A stretch of 50,364 nucleotides of DNA from positions 1-50,364 of IMG/VR virus record IMGVR_UViG_2563366831_000011; one strand, given 5' to 3'. The notes beneath the pieces were generated by a model, which was not told the DNA's origin, searched no databases, and was given only the letters and a program-made list of their open reading frames with translations. The translations under genes and the position numbers were made by a program. This document shows positions 18,527 to 30,019 of the stretch, piece after piece. This stretch comes from a virus. Lineage: Duplodnaviria; Heunggongvirae; Uroviricota; Caudoviricetes. The number at the start of each line of letters is the position of its first letter. Within the stretch, counting starts at the first letter, position 1.

Positions 18527-18616
18527 CCTTTAGAAAGATGAGCCTGTTCGCACAGAAATGCCGCCCCGAGAAGGTCCGCACCTATACGGCATTTCTCAGG
18601 CTCAGCTTTCTGAAAG
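18527..18616. repeat. Conserved Rha leader element, copy A
   Basis: About 85 percent identical to 31848..31937; contains inverted repeat GAGCCTG...AGAAATGCCG...CGGCATTTCT...CAGGCTC. Confidence 0.7.
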
Positions 18617-18661
18617 ACTCGGGAGTTAAATGCGCTGCGACGCGCAGGAGGTTTATTTCTG

Positions 18662-18690
18662 GTATAAAAAAGCCCGGACTTGGCCGGGCT
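18662..18690 (-). terminator. Intrinsic terminator after the tail tube gene
   Basis: Minus strand AGCCCGGCCAAGTCCGGGCT followed by TTTTTT. Confidence 0.6.
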
Positions 18691-18696
18691 GATTGT

Positions 18697-19140
18697 TTAC
18701 GCTGAGTAGTCTGCCGGGGTGACAGTTTCCCACTGGATAAGTCCAGTTACCGGCTGAAGAACACGGCCGGCAGACGGCATGCGGCGTGCGCGCTGCAGGA
18801 TACCGTTAGTCATGATGTACTTTTTACCCAGCGACGGCAGGATCACAGTCCCATTGACACGCAGCACAGACCGCGTGGTCATCTGCGTGGTTTGCCAGTT
18901 GTCGATGTACTTAATCGACGGGGATGATGCCGCCAGATGGAAAGTCCACGGCAGATCACCATAAACAAAACCACCCAGCAGTTTACCGTCAGCAGTACGC
19001 TGGTACTCTGCCATGTCGGTATCACCCATTTCGAAGATGTTTTGTGCTTCGAACTGTTCCAGGTTAAACCCTGACGGGTAGAGCTCAGCGATTACCAGCT
19101 CAATGATGGCGTCAGCCGCCGTAATATTTTGACCGGCCAT
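18697..19140 (-). CDS. Tail tube protein
   Basis: 147 aa gene immediately downstream of the sheath gene, the typical sheath-tube order. Confidence 0.55.
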   Translation of the reverse strand: MAGQNITAADAIIELVIAELYPSGFNLEQFEAQNIFEMGDTDMAEYQRTADGKLLGGFVYGDLPWTFHLAASSPSIKYIDNWQTTQMTTRSVLRVNGTVILPSLGKKYIMTNGILQRARRMPSAGRVLQPVTGLIQWETVTPADYSA

Positions 19141-20621
19141 TACTGCACCTCCGTGCTGTTAACGGTGATACCCTGGATGATCCCGCCGTCGGTGTACCAG
19201 AAGTAAACCGTTGGCTTGGTACGCGCGGCGCGCATTGCCGGGGTGAACGGGCCGATGTAGACGTAATACCCTTCAGCCATAAGCGAATCCGTAACATCGA
19301 CGCCAGCGATGGCGTTAATCTGGTCGATCTGCGACTGGTCAAGATCGGTGCCCGCCGTCATGCCACCCCACGCCCTGAATTGCTCAATGGTCGGCTTCAT
19401 GCACGACTCAATGCGAGCTTTTCCGGCTGCTGCGTAGGGCAGATTGCTCGCCTGCTGGAACAGCGCAACGAGAGCCGCCTGCAACTGAGCATTTACCCAT
19501 ACCTGACCAGCCCATGCGTCAAGCCAGGCATAATCACCGGTAATAGAGCCGGGTGCCCACTGGTTGGTTTCGACGGCATTCGAGGCATAGTTGCCGTAGA
19601 AGTTATAACCGTTGGCCTTGGCCGCCTCGTAATCAGTATCGTTACTGATCATCGGCAACAGGCCGGACACCTGACGACCATTCAGCGAACAGCGCCCATT
19701 GGCCTGCGTGAAGTTCAGCGCGGCCACAAACCCCATCGCATTTGCTGCGTGGTTCGGGTAACCATACACCGGGCAGGTATCGTTATAGGCGTAGGTGTTG
19801 ATGATGTCGTACACCAGTGCATTCGAGCTGCCCGCCACGATTGCCGTTCCTGATGCGTCCCATGGGACATAGGCAAAGCGGTGGTTCTGGCTGTTTGTCC
19901 AGAGCGCAAACGCATTAGCCTGGTCTTTGGTGACAGCGAACGTCGTGGAGAATGTTACCCAGTCCTGCTCTTTGGCCAGAATGGCAGTAAAGATATCGTC
20001 AACCACTGCCGGCGCCGCACCCTGAGAGATCACCGCGCCGGTCGCTTCGGTCAGTTTCAGACCCGTAGCAAGCGTACCTTCATCGGCAAAGGTAATGGTG
20101 CTATCCACGCCCGTGGTGGCAGAGGTGATGATGAATTTCTTCAGCACGCTATCCCAGGTCACTACAACCGAGGAGCCAATGCCGGTTTCAATCAGCTCTG
20201 CCGCGTTATCAAAACTGGTGGCGCCGCTGAGGTTGATAGCCGCAGAAGTCTCCTCCGTGCCGTCAACTGTCAGAGTCAACGTACCAGAAAGCAACTTGAG
20301 CTGTGCCAGCGTGGTCGCTGCGTGCGATCCGGAACGAAGGAATGCCGCCACTGCTGCGGTATTGAATCGGCTAAAATACAGCTTGCCAGGCATCTGTGTT
20401 TTACCGGTGAATGCGGCGAAATACAGCACCGCGGCGGTGTACTCAATCGACGCGCTGCCGAAGTACGCCTTTACCTCATCCGCACTGGAAAATGAGGGTA
20501 CTGCACCAACCGGCGCATATGCGCTGTCGGTCAGGAACAGGCCATTGAGATCAATAGCTGTCCCTGTCGCCTTCAGTACGCCGGGAAGCATCTGGGCGAT
20601 TTTTGATAGCGAAATTGCCAT
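19140..20621 (-). CDS. Contractile tail sheath protein
   Basis: 493 aa; size and position typical of myovirus sheath proteins. Confidence 0.7.
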   Translation of the reverse strand: MAISLSKIAQMLPGVLKATGTAIDLNGLFLTDSAYAPVGAVPSFSSADEVKAYFGSASIEYTAAVLYFAAFTGKTQMPGKLYFSRFNTAAVAAFLRSGSHAATTLAQLKLLSGTLTLTVDGTEETSAAINLSGATSFDNAAELIETGIGSSVVVTWDSVLKKFIITSATTGVDSTITFADEGTLATGLKLTEATGAVISQGAAPAVVDDIFTAILAKEQDWVTFSTTFAVTKDQANAFALWTNSQNHRFAYVPWDASGTAIVAGSSNALVYDIINTYAYNDTCPVYGYPNHAANAMGFVAALNFTQANGRCSLNGRQVSGLLPMISNDTDYEAAKANGYNFYGNYASNAVETNQWAPGSITGDYAWLDAWAGQVWVNAQLQAALVALFQQASNLPYAAAGKARIESCMKPTIEQFRAWGGMTAGTDLDQSQIDQINAIAGVDVTDSLMAEGYYVYIGPFTPAMRAARTKPTVYFWYTDGGIIQGITVNSTEVQ

Positions 20622-20624
20622 TTA

Positions 20625-21176
20625 TTATTTCTCCGGAGGAAATCTCACGTCGACTGGCTGCGATATCACATCTGCGCCTGTCATAAACTGCTGAGGAACG
20701 CTGACGACAATCAGCGGGTTTGCGTGGAATTCAAGCGTCCAGCGGGATTCCCACTGCTTCTCGCCGTTGATCATCGATGTTTGCCGCGGGGGGCCGGAAT
20801 AAAGCGGTACCAGGACATTCGCGTTTTCCCTGAACCAGGTACATGCGAATTCTGAGCGGGCGATGCGCGAAAAGATGGTGGCATTGTTTTGCGCCTGATC
20901 TCCGTAGAAATCGAGCTGACATTGCCATTCATCAACGCGGCGAAGTTCTGCCCGCCCGTAATCGCTAACGCCGTCATACTCGTAATTGACAGCACTGGTT
21001 GAGAGGTCCGTCAGAAAAAGCGGCGTCATAGTAATGAAACCGCCTTTCGGCATGGGGGTCTGATTTTGCTGAGTCTGCGTGATCTCTGAATCCGGGAAGA
21101 GGACAGAAAGGAAATCGCCAGTCGCCTTAAACAGATCGCTTTCAGTGACCTGCAGGCCTACGTCAATTGTTGACAT
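20625..21176 (-). CDS. Virion protein (tail completion/neck), hypothetical
   Basis: 183 aa ORF between head and tail modules. Confidence 0.4.
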   Translation of the reverse strand: MSTIDVGLQVTESDLFKATGDFLSVLFPDSEITQTQQNQTPMPKGGFITMTPLFLTDLSTSAVNYEYDGVSDYGRAELRRVDEWQCQLDFYGDQAQNNATIFSRIARSEFACTWFRENANVLVPLYSGPPRQTSMINGEKQWESRWTLEFHANPLIVVSVPQQFMTGADVISQPVDVRFPPEK

Positions 21177-21526
21177 GCGATAACCCTCGTCCAGTCCGGC
21201 CAGATTTCAGGCACATCCACGACCAGCCACGTTTCATTGCCGATAACGAACTTATCGCCGCCCTGCTGCCGATCCCTGTTAACCCCGCACCAGTTGCCAT
21301 CCGTCCAGATACTGACCAGCACACCCTGGATATTCATGTTATCCATGTGCCTGATATCAGCCTGACTCAGCGCCTGCTTTTGCACCATCATCGTTACCGG
21401 CGGCGCGAAGCCCGGAGAAGTCGAGTAATCCGGGTTTTTGATTGGTCCGATCGAGCGGTAAATCTGCGCCTCGACGCGAGGATTAACCGCGCTAATGGCG
21501 CTTCGCACTATGGAATGAAGATTCAC
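21158..21526 (-). CDS. Virion protein, hypothetical
   Basis: 122 aa ORF in the head-tail joining region. Confidence 0.4.
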   Translation of the reverse strand: MNLHSIVRSAISAVNPRVEAQIYRSIGPIKNPDYSTSPGFAPPVTMMVQKQALSQADIRHMDNMNIQGVLVSIWTDGNWCGVNRDRQQGGDKFVIGNETWLVVDVPEIWPDWTRVIACQQLT

Positions 21527-22086
21527 TCTTTCACCTCGTAGTCGACCGAGTTCAGCATGTGGGCCGAGTCGATTAACGGGTCATTAAACCCTTTTTTGTC
21601 GACCGTGCTTTTTGCGTTCGGCGGCTCAGAAAAGGCGATGATTGACGACTGAATCTGCCCCTTGATCCGCTCCCCCATCAGCGCCAGGCTTTTGCGGGCG
21701 TCAAAATCGTTTGCCTTCATGAGTTTCCCGAGCTCTCCGACCCACTCCGGACCATGTTCAGAAATGGTCTTCCTGAAGTACGGCCGGGATGGGATCGTAA
21801 CGATATGCTCGGGTATCATTACTGACTGCGCGAAATTGGCCTTTGATGGCTTTGCGAAGCGCGAAACACCGTCACGGCGAACGTAAAAGTTCAAATCCCG
21901 GGTATGCGCCGGGATTTTTACAGTGCCGCCAAATTCGTTAGTGGCTGCCACAAGTGCTACCGGCGTCCCGTCCGGGTACTTATCCCCCTCAAGGAAGCCC
22001 ACCTTCAAATCATCGCCAGAGGACAGCCCCTTTGCGATCGACTGCAGGTGCTCCATCAGCTTATCGCCGCCTGACATTCCATCCAT
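21523..22086 (-). CDS. Head-tail connector-like protein, hypothetical
   Basis: 187 aa ORF, overlapping stop/start with neighbours. Confidence 0.4.
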   Translation of the reverse strand: MDGMSGGDKLMEHLQSIAKGLSSGDDLKVGFLEGDKYPDGTPVALVAATNEFGGTVKIPAHTRDLNFYVRRDGVSRFAKPSKANFAQSVMIPEHIVTIPSRPYFRKTISEHGPEWVGELGKLMKANDFDARKSLALMGERIKGQIQSSIIAFSEPPNAKSTVDKKGFNDPLIDSAHMLNSVDYEVKE

Positions 22087-22088
22087 AG

Positions 22089-22532
22089 CTACCTCCAGAT
22101 GAATGAACGACGGTTATAATGGCCCGGGTACATTGAAGGGGATGAGCCAGGGACATAAAAACCTGTCCTGTAAGGCTTCGTGGCTTCCCAGTAAGCTGAC
22201 CCGTAAGTAGTCTGCTTATACCACCAGGAGCTTTCGCTTGAGGGCCCTGCGTCAGCTGATACTGACACTGACCCCTCAGATGCGCTTGCCACACGGCCAA
22301 CCAGACCAGAAGCCTTTTCGCCGTTTACGCCTGAATTCAGCGCCGCAATGTGCGCAACCAGCATGTTCAGGAAAAGAGCCCGGATAGAGATATCTTTTAC
22401 CGGGCTGCTGTCCGTGTTATTCAGGTAAATCGTTGCCTCCGTGAAGTACGCATTAAGTAGCGTATTACTTACGGCATCGAACTCCGGATAACGCTCACGA
22501 AATGCGGCAACATCAAAGACAACGATCGCCAT
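22089..22532 (-). CDS. Head-tail joining protein, hypothetical
   Basis: 147 aa ORF downstream of the capsid gene. Confidence 0.4.
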   Translation of the reverse strand: MAIVVFDVAAFRERYPEFDAVSNTLLNAYFTEATIYLNNTDSSPVKDISIRALFLNMLVAHIAALNSGVNGEKASGLVGRVASASEGSVSVSADAGPSSESSWWYKQTTYGSAYWEATKPYRTGFYVPGSSPSMYPGHYNRRSFIWR

Positions 22533-22858
22533 TATTTTTTGTCCGCCTTCTCAACGCCCGGGGCCGGGTTGTTCTGATCCAGACCTTCCAGACCGGTTTT
22601 CTCCGAAGCGTTTTCATTCGCTTTCGCCTGGGCGCTGCTGGTTTTCGCTTGGGCAAACACCAGCTCTTTGCGAACATAGGGCTGATCAGCATGTACGGCC
22701 AGCCACGCCTCAAAGGCTTCCTTGTCCACGTTTTCGGTCAGGCCGTAGCCGCCGACAACGATAGAGGAGTTGGAGCCGTTAAGCTCCACTTTGTACTCGC
22801 CCTGCTCCAGGATCAGGCCGTTCGGCAGTTTGCATCCTACAGTTACTGTTTCGGCCAT
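22532..22858 (-). CDS. Small virion protein, hypothetical
   Basis: 108 aa ORF immediately downstream of the major capsid gene. Confidence 0.4.
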   Translation of the reverse strand: MAETVTVGCKLPNGLILEQGEYKVELNGSNSSIVVGGYGLTENVDKEAFEAWLAVHADQPYVRKELVFAQAKTSSAQAKANENASEKTGLEGLDQNNPAPGVEKADKK

Positions 22859-22859
22859 G

Positions 22860-23897
22860 TTACACCCCGATCATGCTGGCGATGCCCAGCGGTTGACGAA
22901 TGATTGCACCCCAGGTGCCACCGGATTTTTTCTGCCGCCAGGAAGACTCTTCTACCACGACAGCGTGCGCGCGCATCTTCTCGGTGAATGCTGCGTAAGC
23001 GGTGTCCTGCTCACCCAGACGCTCAACAATCAGTTGCACCAGCTCGCCTGAGGCGGTGCTGTATTCAACAGCGGTTTCGATACGCATGTTCGGGAAGTTT
23101 TTCTTCAGCTGATCGGTGACGTTCACGTTGTACTGGTTCGTCTTGGTCAGGTTGACTTCCATTTCCGGCGACATGCCGAGCACCATGCGATCGGTACGCT
23201 CTACGAGGCCTTTGGTCTGAGATACCAGCTGCTTATAGAGGCGACCGGAAATGTCGTCATATACAGCCTGCCCGTCTTTCGTTGCCCAGGTAACGCCACC
23301 GCCGGAACCAGTCGCCGCCGGAGTAACCGAAGCGCTCAGAGACGGATCGTTGAGCAGACCGTAGTTTTCCAGCCCGGCGATGCCGTAGAAGTAGGACTTG
23401 TTCTGGAACTTGTTCAGCACAAGCGCAGAGGCCACGTTGAGTTCGGCGGCATAGCCGATACGCCCGGCGCCATACATGTCCAGCTCGCGCTCACCCCAGC
23501 GGGTGTGAGTCTGATAATGGAACGACTGGCGCGGTACCCAGTTGACGTTGGCAGACGTCATGCCGTTGTTGTTGAAGTCGCCGTAAGCGCTGGTTTCACC
23601 AGTCGACTCGACGATCGGGAACTGCGAGGTCAGCGTGGTCCAGTCGCCTTTTTTCACTTCACCGATAATCTCTGCGGCCTTCATCGGCGTTACGAGAACG
23701 CGGATAAGTTCCGGATCGACGTAGTTAGTGAAGTAGGCCGGGATGCCGGCGTTATTCGCAGTGACCATTTGCGGCTGGGCATCCATCGCCAGCGCGAAAT
23801 TCTCCGCAAACTCCGGCTTCAGGTAGTCCTTCGCGCCGGGCAGCACAATGCCATATTTCCCGCTGGCTGCGGCGTAGTGTCGCTGAAATTCGTTCAT
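22860..23897 (-). CDS. Major capsid protein (E-like family)
   Basis: 345 aa; position after the scaffold-like and decoration-like genes; size typical of E-family capsid proteins. Confidence 0.6.
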   Translation of the reverse strand: MNEFQRHYAAASGKYGIVLPGAKDYLKPEFAENFALAMDAQPQMVTANNAGIPAYFTNYVDPELIRVLVTPMKAAEIIGEVKKGDWTTLTSQFPIVESTGETSAYGDFNNNGMTSANVNWVPRQSFHYQTHTRWGERELDMYGAGRIGYAAELNVASALVLNKFQNKSYFYGIAGLENYGLLNDPSLSASVTPAATGSGGGVTWATKDGQAVYDDISGRLYKQLVSQTKGLVERTDRMVLGMSPEMEVNLTKTNQYNVNVTDQLKKNFPNMRIETAVEYSTASGELVQLIVERLGEQDTAYAAFTEKMRAHAVVVEESSWRQKKSGGTWGAIIRQPLGIASMIGV

Positions 23898-24379
23898 TAC
23901 TTGCTCCAGGTGCTGATTTTGACCAGCTCGCCAGCGTCACAATCGCTTGCGGCATAGAATGCGGTCTCGATAAAACCGGCCACGGTCGCGCCGGCTGCGG
24001 CGACTTGCACCTCACCGGTGGTCAGGGATGCAAAAACCTTCTGCCCGCGGGTGGCAGCGGTTGACGTTTTGGCCCAGAAGTCACCGGCAACCATCAGGGT
24101 GATTTCGCGTCCGGGCTGGATAAGCATGGATGCCTGGCCCAGCCAGATGGTGATCGAGGCCTGACCGTCACGATGGACAAAGCCAGACGGAACACCGCTA
24201 CCGGCATTGGAAGCCACACCGTCAACGTCCCAGGCGAAGCGGCCGACAGTCAGGCCGTCCTCGCCAGCAACCAGAGCTCCCTCGCCGGCCTGATAGGTCG
24301 CGTGAGGGTTGGTGCCAGCAAAGGCCCCTTCGACGCCGGGGGCCGGATACTGGTTAATTCGTGTCTGAAAACCTGCCAT
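23897..24379 (-). CDS. Head decoration/accessory protein, hypothetical
   Basis: 160 aa Gly/Ala-rich ORF directly upstream of the major capsid gene. Confidence 0.4.
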   Translation of the reverse strand: MAGFQTRINQYPAPGVEGAFAGTNPHATYQAGEGALVAGEDGLTVGRFAWDVDGVASNAGSGVPSGFVHRDGQASITIWLGQASMLIQPGREITLMVAGDFWAKTSTAATRGQKVFASLTTGEVQVAAAGATVAGFIETAFYAASDCDAGELVKISTWSK

Positions 24380-24380
24380 G

Positions 24381-25553
<1,173 letters not shown>

Positions 25554-26381
25554 TCAATCCTGTTTTAAAAGCCCTGGAATGACAGCCTCCCAGGTGCAAC
25601 GACAATTTGGTAATTCGCCTGGCATGATGTGCTCGCCATCAATGAGCATCCCTTCCGAGAGATCGAACAGCTTGCCATTGGCTTTCACATGGGACTGGCG
25701 AGGCTTTTTACCTGCATGGGAGTGCTTCCATATTCCCTGGGTAATGCCGAGCGCCTGCTGTCGCGCAGACTGAACGACTGAGGTAGCCTTGTTGTTCTGA
25801 TCTCGGGCAATGAACGCCGCACGGCGCCGGGTAATCCCGTATCGCTTCTGGAGTTCATCGGTGAGATAGGACAAGTCGCGCCCACGCGCTACCGACCGCA
25901 TAACCAGCCCTTCCACCTCGGTGAAATACTTCTCGGGGATGGATCTGATAAGGCCGACGTTCTCGGCGATGGTCGCCTGAAGAGCGTTATTCATCTGCGA
26001 GGTCATCTTGAACTCGACAGTAAACCCCGCATCTTTGAAGGCTGTGGCCAGTGACGCATCCGCGTTTTTCATGGCGTCGTTAGCGAATCTGTCGGCCAGC
26101 TTTTGCGCCATGTCATCAAACCGCCGCGTCCAGCGCTTAGCCAGTTTCTGCATGGCATTCCGCATCATCACTGCAGGCGATGCATCCATGGCGACAGCCG
26201 CGCCGCTGGCCCGATAGTTTGCCGACAGCCAGTAGACAACAGATGCCTGCATTTCCTGCACCTGCTTATCAAGCTGTCGGCGGTACCATGCTTCGACGCC
26301 AGCGTTAGGATGAACCGCCCTTATCGTCAGGGTCTGTTTCTTCCTCTTCGTCGTAGTCGTCTTCGATTTCGAGGTCATCAT
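25554..26381 (-). CDS. Head morphogenesis protein (Mu F / SPP1 gp7-like)
   Basis: 275 aa; recalled minor head protein family features; N-terminus overlaps the portal gene end by 77 nt, so the true start may be internal. Confidence 0.6.
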   Translation of the reverse strand: MMTSKSKTTTTKRKKQTLTIRAVHPNAGVEAWYRRQLDKQVQEMQASVVYWLSANYRASGAAVAMDASPAVMMRNAMQKLAKRWTRRFDDMAQKLADRFANDAMKNADASLATAFKDAGFTVEFKMTSQMNNALQATIAENVGLIRSIPEKYFTEVEGLVMRSVARGRDLSYLTDELQKRYGITRRRAAFIARDQNNKATSVVQSARQQALGITQGIWKHSHAGKKPRQSHVKANGKLFDLSEGMLIDGEHIMPGELPNCRCTWEAVIPGLLKQD

Positions 26382-27825
26382 TCAGGTCCAGAGAGTGATA
26401 GGGAGAGTCCGGGTCATCGGCGATTTTTTCGCGGACTTCGTTGCCAGAGAGCACGCTGGCGGCCACATAGACAGCGTCCGTGTCAGCGTCTACTTTGCGA
26501 ATTTCCGCCCGCTCTTTAGCGCTCATTTCGTACAGCGGCTCAAAGTCGAAGGTTATGCCATCGTCAATGTCGCCGAACTCAGAGAGCTGAATGATGTCCA
26601 TCACGCGCTTCAGGTTGTCTTTAAAAACAGACTGCTGCAGGGCGTGAATGTAGTCGTAGAAAACGCGAATTTCGCCGTCAGACGTTGCGTTAAGGCCATT
26701 TGGAGTAATGCCCAGTAGTTTGACGAGCGGGATGCTCGAAACCGCTGACATGTGCTCCTGCGACTGTGCCTGCAGGGCATCTAGGCCGTTAAGCGGGGCG
26801 TTAACGAACTCAACCGTTTCTGGCTGGGTAGGGTTGTTGTCTTTTGCGAATGCGCCACGGTTATCACGGCATCGGTTGAAGACATCAAGCCTTGCCAGAA
26901 GACTATCTGCCCCACCGCCCTGCAGAATCGTGCTCATATTTGTTCCGATTACCGGAACTGAGAACGAGTGGATCATGTCGCTGACGCTGTCGCGGGTGCG
27001 AAGCCAGTTATTGACGTATGGCTCGGCAATCTGCGAAAGAGACAGGCCGCGGAAGTTATACGATGCTTTCAGCAGATCAGGCACCTGCCGCGAGACGAAA
27101 TCAATCATCCGGCTTGCATGTACGGTCCGGCCCATGACAAACCACTGAGTCGGCTTGTAGAAATCCGGGCTCAGCGGGTTGTCGGAGTTATAAATCCCCG
27201 GATAGGTCCAGATGGGCTCAATAACCCTGAACCCCTGCAGGCTGCCTTTCGTGATTTTCTTGTCGCTCATGAAGAGCTTCGATTGCAGCTCGTTGTCGTC
27301 CATCCATGCGGAGATTCCCCGCGGCGAACGAACGTCGATGTAAATCTGGCCACCGCCAAAGTAACCATCGTGTTCTGCGGCTTCTTTAAAGCGCTCGCGC
27401 ACCTTAAACCGCTTCATGGCCTCTTCAAGTTTTCTTACCCGATCCGCCTTGTCTTCATCGCCGACAGTTTTGAGCTTTATCCATTTGCGGGTCATTTCCT
27501 CCGCGATGGTGCCGACCATCTTGCGATATTCAGGCTTCTGCGCCAGCGTGGCCAGATACGGGTATCCGGGGAAGCTATCAAAGTCGCCGTAGCCGTAGCC
27601 GCCATACGCAGCATTGAGAGCATCGTAAGGCGTGGAGTCCATTGCCAGAATGGCGCTTTTGATAGCCTCGGGGATCACCCCTTTCGGCGGCTCGTAGCGC
27701 TGAAACTCTCTTTTCGGTAATGCGCGGACTTCGGCCACGGCCTCTGGCCTGATCCCGACCTTCGGTGCTTCAGGTTCTTTTGCCGGCTCAGGCGCGGCGA
27801 CTTCTTTCTTTTTAAACCACCACAC
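26305..27825 (-). CDS. Portal protein
   Basis: 506 aa ORF immediately downstream of the terminase large subunit; acidic C-terminal tail. Confidence 0.65.
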   Translation of the reverse strand: MWWFKKKEVAAPEPAKEPEAPKVGIRPEAVAEVRALPKREFQRYEPPKGVIPEAIKSAILAMDSTPYDALNAAYGGYGYGDFDSFPGYPYLATLAQKPEYRKMVGTIAEEMTRKWIKLKTVGDEDKADRVRKLEEAMKRFKVRERFKEAAEHDGYFGGGQIYIDVRSPRGISAWMDDNELQSKLFMSDKKITKGSLQGFRVIEPIWTYPGIYNSDNPLSPDFYKPTQWFVMGRTVHASRMIDFVSRQVPDLLKASYNFRGLSLSQIAEPYVNNWLRTRDSVSDMIHSFSVPVIGTNMSTILQGGGADSLLARLDVFNRCRDNRGAFAKDNNPTQPETVEFVNAPLNGLDALQAQSQEHMSAVSSIPLVKLLGITPNGLNATSDGEIRVFYDYIHALQQSVFKDNLKRVMDIIQLSEFGDIDDGITFDFEPLYEMSAKERAEIRKVDADTDAVYVAASVLSGNEVREKIADDPDSPYHSLDLNDDLEIEDDYDEEEETDPDDKGGSS

Positions 27826-29502
27826 TTAAATTCTCCTGAGTTGATTCGGGTCGATAACCATCGGCTGCGGGCCGGAAATCAGGTTGTCGTCGATTGCGTC
27901 CATCCAGGTATCGAGGATGTCGTCGTTATCGTGACTGTCATCAGCGGAGAAAGCAGCGCATTCCGTCATCGCCGTCAGCACCCACTCCGTTGAGCCTGCG
28001 ATCGTGCCATCCTCGTAGAAGATGCTGGAAAGCTTCTGTCCGTCTTCGGTGTGCGTCGCGGGGACAAACACTTTCCCGGTTTTGATTTGGGGGATGACGT
28101 TAAGGCAGCGAACGAGCTTGTTCTGTCCGGTTCCGCGCGGGATTTCCCTCACCGGGATGGCGAGTTGCCCTGGGGTCTGACTACGTTTTTTCAGCGTGGT
28201 GATGAGGCCCTGTCCGGCTTGCTTCTCTTCAATGGCCATGTGGCGGAGCGGCATAACCCGCATGGAGCCAGACAGGCGCCATTTTTCCCAAACCTCTTCC
28301 GCTTTCTTCAGGAGGTCTTCCGGGTCCCACCGGCCGCGAACGACGTCGATGATGTACAGATTCCCGTCCACGCCCATGCCAGCCAGCGTAAACACGGTGT
28401 AATCCAGCCAGTCCTCTACCTTCCCGCTGTTCGTATCGACATACACGGCACGGTGCGTAAGCTTCGGCAGCGTGGTGTACGTTCTGAACCAGCTGGTGTC
28501 GATAATCCCGCCAGTCAGCGCCATCGGGTTTTGCTGGTATTGCGACAGGAAGGTGTAGCGGTCCTTTTCCCACAGCTGCAGGAGGTCGTTAACGTCTTCC
28601 ATCTGCGGCCAGTAGGACCAGTAGCGAACGCCGCCAACGACCACAGAATCGGTATCTTTTACCGTTTCCCAGCAAAGCGAACGCCATGGCTCATCGAGCG
28701 ACTGGATGTACTTCTCGTCGATCATGGCCGGTATGGCGACATGGTGAAACGGCACGCCCATTCCGCCGGCAAGCATGAAGCCCGTTGCGTCGTCGGTGTG
28801 CAGGCGCTGCTGGATGCTCACAAACGGAGTCGGGTGCTCTTTCGACTTATCGCCGCGGCGTGATCGAATGGTGTTTACCAGCAGCGTATTCGCGCTTTTG
28901 CGTCGGGACTCGCTGAGCATGTCCACCGGCTTGTTGTAGTCGTCCAGCATCACCATGCCGGAGAACTCAGGTCCGTAGTATCCACCACGACCACCGGTGA
29001 TTTGCCCGTTGCTTGAGCGCGATACCGTCTGGCCTATAGAGCGCCCTCGCTCGTCCTTTATCTCCCACTCTTCTGCCTGGTTGACACCAAACGAGCAGGG
29101 CCAGAACTCCTGATATTCACGGCTGGCGATAATGTCGCGGGTGCGCCGGCTGTTACGCTTTACCAGCGTGTCAGCAAAAGAGATATTCAGGTTGCGAAAG
29201 CGTTTGAGCCGCTTCTCCTGCACCAGGGCGTTGACATACGCCGGGAAGTGAATGGAGAAGAACTCTGTTTTCGTACCGCCAGGGGGGATGTTGATAATCA
29301 GGTTTCGCGGGACAAGGCGCCCGGCAAGCAGATCATCAATTTTCGAAGCCATCAGGCGGTGATGCCAGTTAACCAGCAGCCGATCGCCCTGAATCAGCTC
29401 GAACCATATCCGGGTGAAGTTCAGGAATGACTTCGTGGACTTTGAACGGATGATCACGCGCTCCGGGAATGACAGGTCATCCCATTCGATAATTCCGCTC
29501 AT
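27826..29502 (-). CDS. Terminase large subunit
   Basis: 558 aa; P-loop-like NIPPGGTKTE; size and position between small subunit and portal. Confidence 0.8.
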   Translation of the reverse strand: MSGIIEWDDLSFPERVIIRSKSTKSFLNFTRIWFELIQGDRLLVNWHHRLMASKIDDLLAGRLVPRNLIINIPPGGTKTEFFSIHFPAYVNALVQEKRLKRFRNLNISFADTLVKRNSRRTRDIIASREYQEFWPCSFGVNQAEEWEIKDERGRSIGQTVSRSSNGQITGGRGGYYGPEFSGMVMLDDYNKPVDMLSESRRKSANTLLVNTIRSRRGDKSKEHPTPFVSIQQRLHTDDATGFMLAGGMGVPFHHVAIPAMIDEKYIQSLDEPWRSLCWETVKDTDSVVVGGVRYWSYWPQMEDVNDLLQLWEKDRYTFLSQYQQNPMALTGGIIDTSWFRTYTTLPKLTHRAVYVDTNSGKVEDWLDYTVFTLAGMGVDGNLYIIDVVRGRWDPEDLLKKAEEVWEKWRLSGSMRVMPLRHMAIEEKQAGQGLITTLKKRSQTPGQLAIPVREIPRGTGQNKLVRCLNVIPQIKTGKVFVPATHTEDGQKLSSIFYEDGTIAGSTEWVLTAMTECAAFSADDSHDNDDILDTWMDAIDDNLISGPQPMVIDPNQLRRI

Positions 29503-29503
29503 A

Positions 29504-29989
29504 TCAGTCCAGCCCTTCTAACCTTCCCTCCAGCTTCTGCTGGGCCTTCGCATAGTCTTCAGCGGTGTACGTCACCTGATTCAGTGGGCCGCCGTCTTTA
29601 CCGGTCAGCTCGACCTTTTGCTTGTTGCTGTAGGCGTCGCCAACCTCTTTTGCAGCCTGCTCCAGTAACTGAGCTGTCATGCCGAGGTTTTTCATACCTT
29701 CGGCAGTCGTAGACATTCGCTGAAGGACGCGCAGGCGGTAGGCTTTATTGGCGATCGGAATGTCGGAGATTTCGTTGAGGAAGCGGTCGCGGGTAAGGTT
29801 GAAAAGTTCGACCCATTTTTGAGCCAGACCTTTCCCTGCCACCTTTGTCGGGTCATGCGATGCCACCTGCTGGCGCGTTACCTGAACCTTGAATTCTTTT
29901 TGTACGGACTCGACGATTTGGGATGGCGTATCAAAGCATGCAAGCTCTTGAATGATAAAGGCTCTCACTTCTGGTTTTAGTGCAGCCAT
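29504..29989 (-). CDS. Terminase small subunit (putative)
   Basis: 161 aa ORF directly upstream of the large terminase gene; family recalled, not verified. Confidence 0.45.
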   Translation of the reverse strand: MAALKPEVRAFIIQELACFDTPSQIVESVQKEFKVQVTRQQVASHDPTKVAGKGLAQKWVELFNLTRDRFLNEISDIPIANKAYRLRVLQRMSTTAEGMKNLGMTAQLLEQAAKEVGDAYSNKQKVELTGKDGGPLNQVTYTAEDYAKAQQKLEGRLEGLD

Positions 29990-30019
29990 AACTCACCATC
30001 CGTATAAAGCAGTATAAAA

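Noticed and set aside
19380-20694. Several plus-strand ORFs of 157-204 aa
   Set aside because: All are antisense to the tail sheath gene and overlap each other; no independent support.
26968-27720. 250-aa ORF on the plus strand
   Set aside because: Lies entirely antisense to the portal gene, which has clear context and overlapping neighbours; no ribosome-binding site; typical long antisense frame in GC-biased coding sequence.
28051-28863. 270-aa ORF on the plus strand
   Set aside because: Antisense to the large terminase gene; Arg/Pro/His-rich composition typical of a spurious frame.
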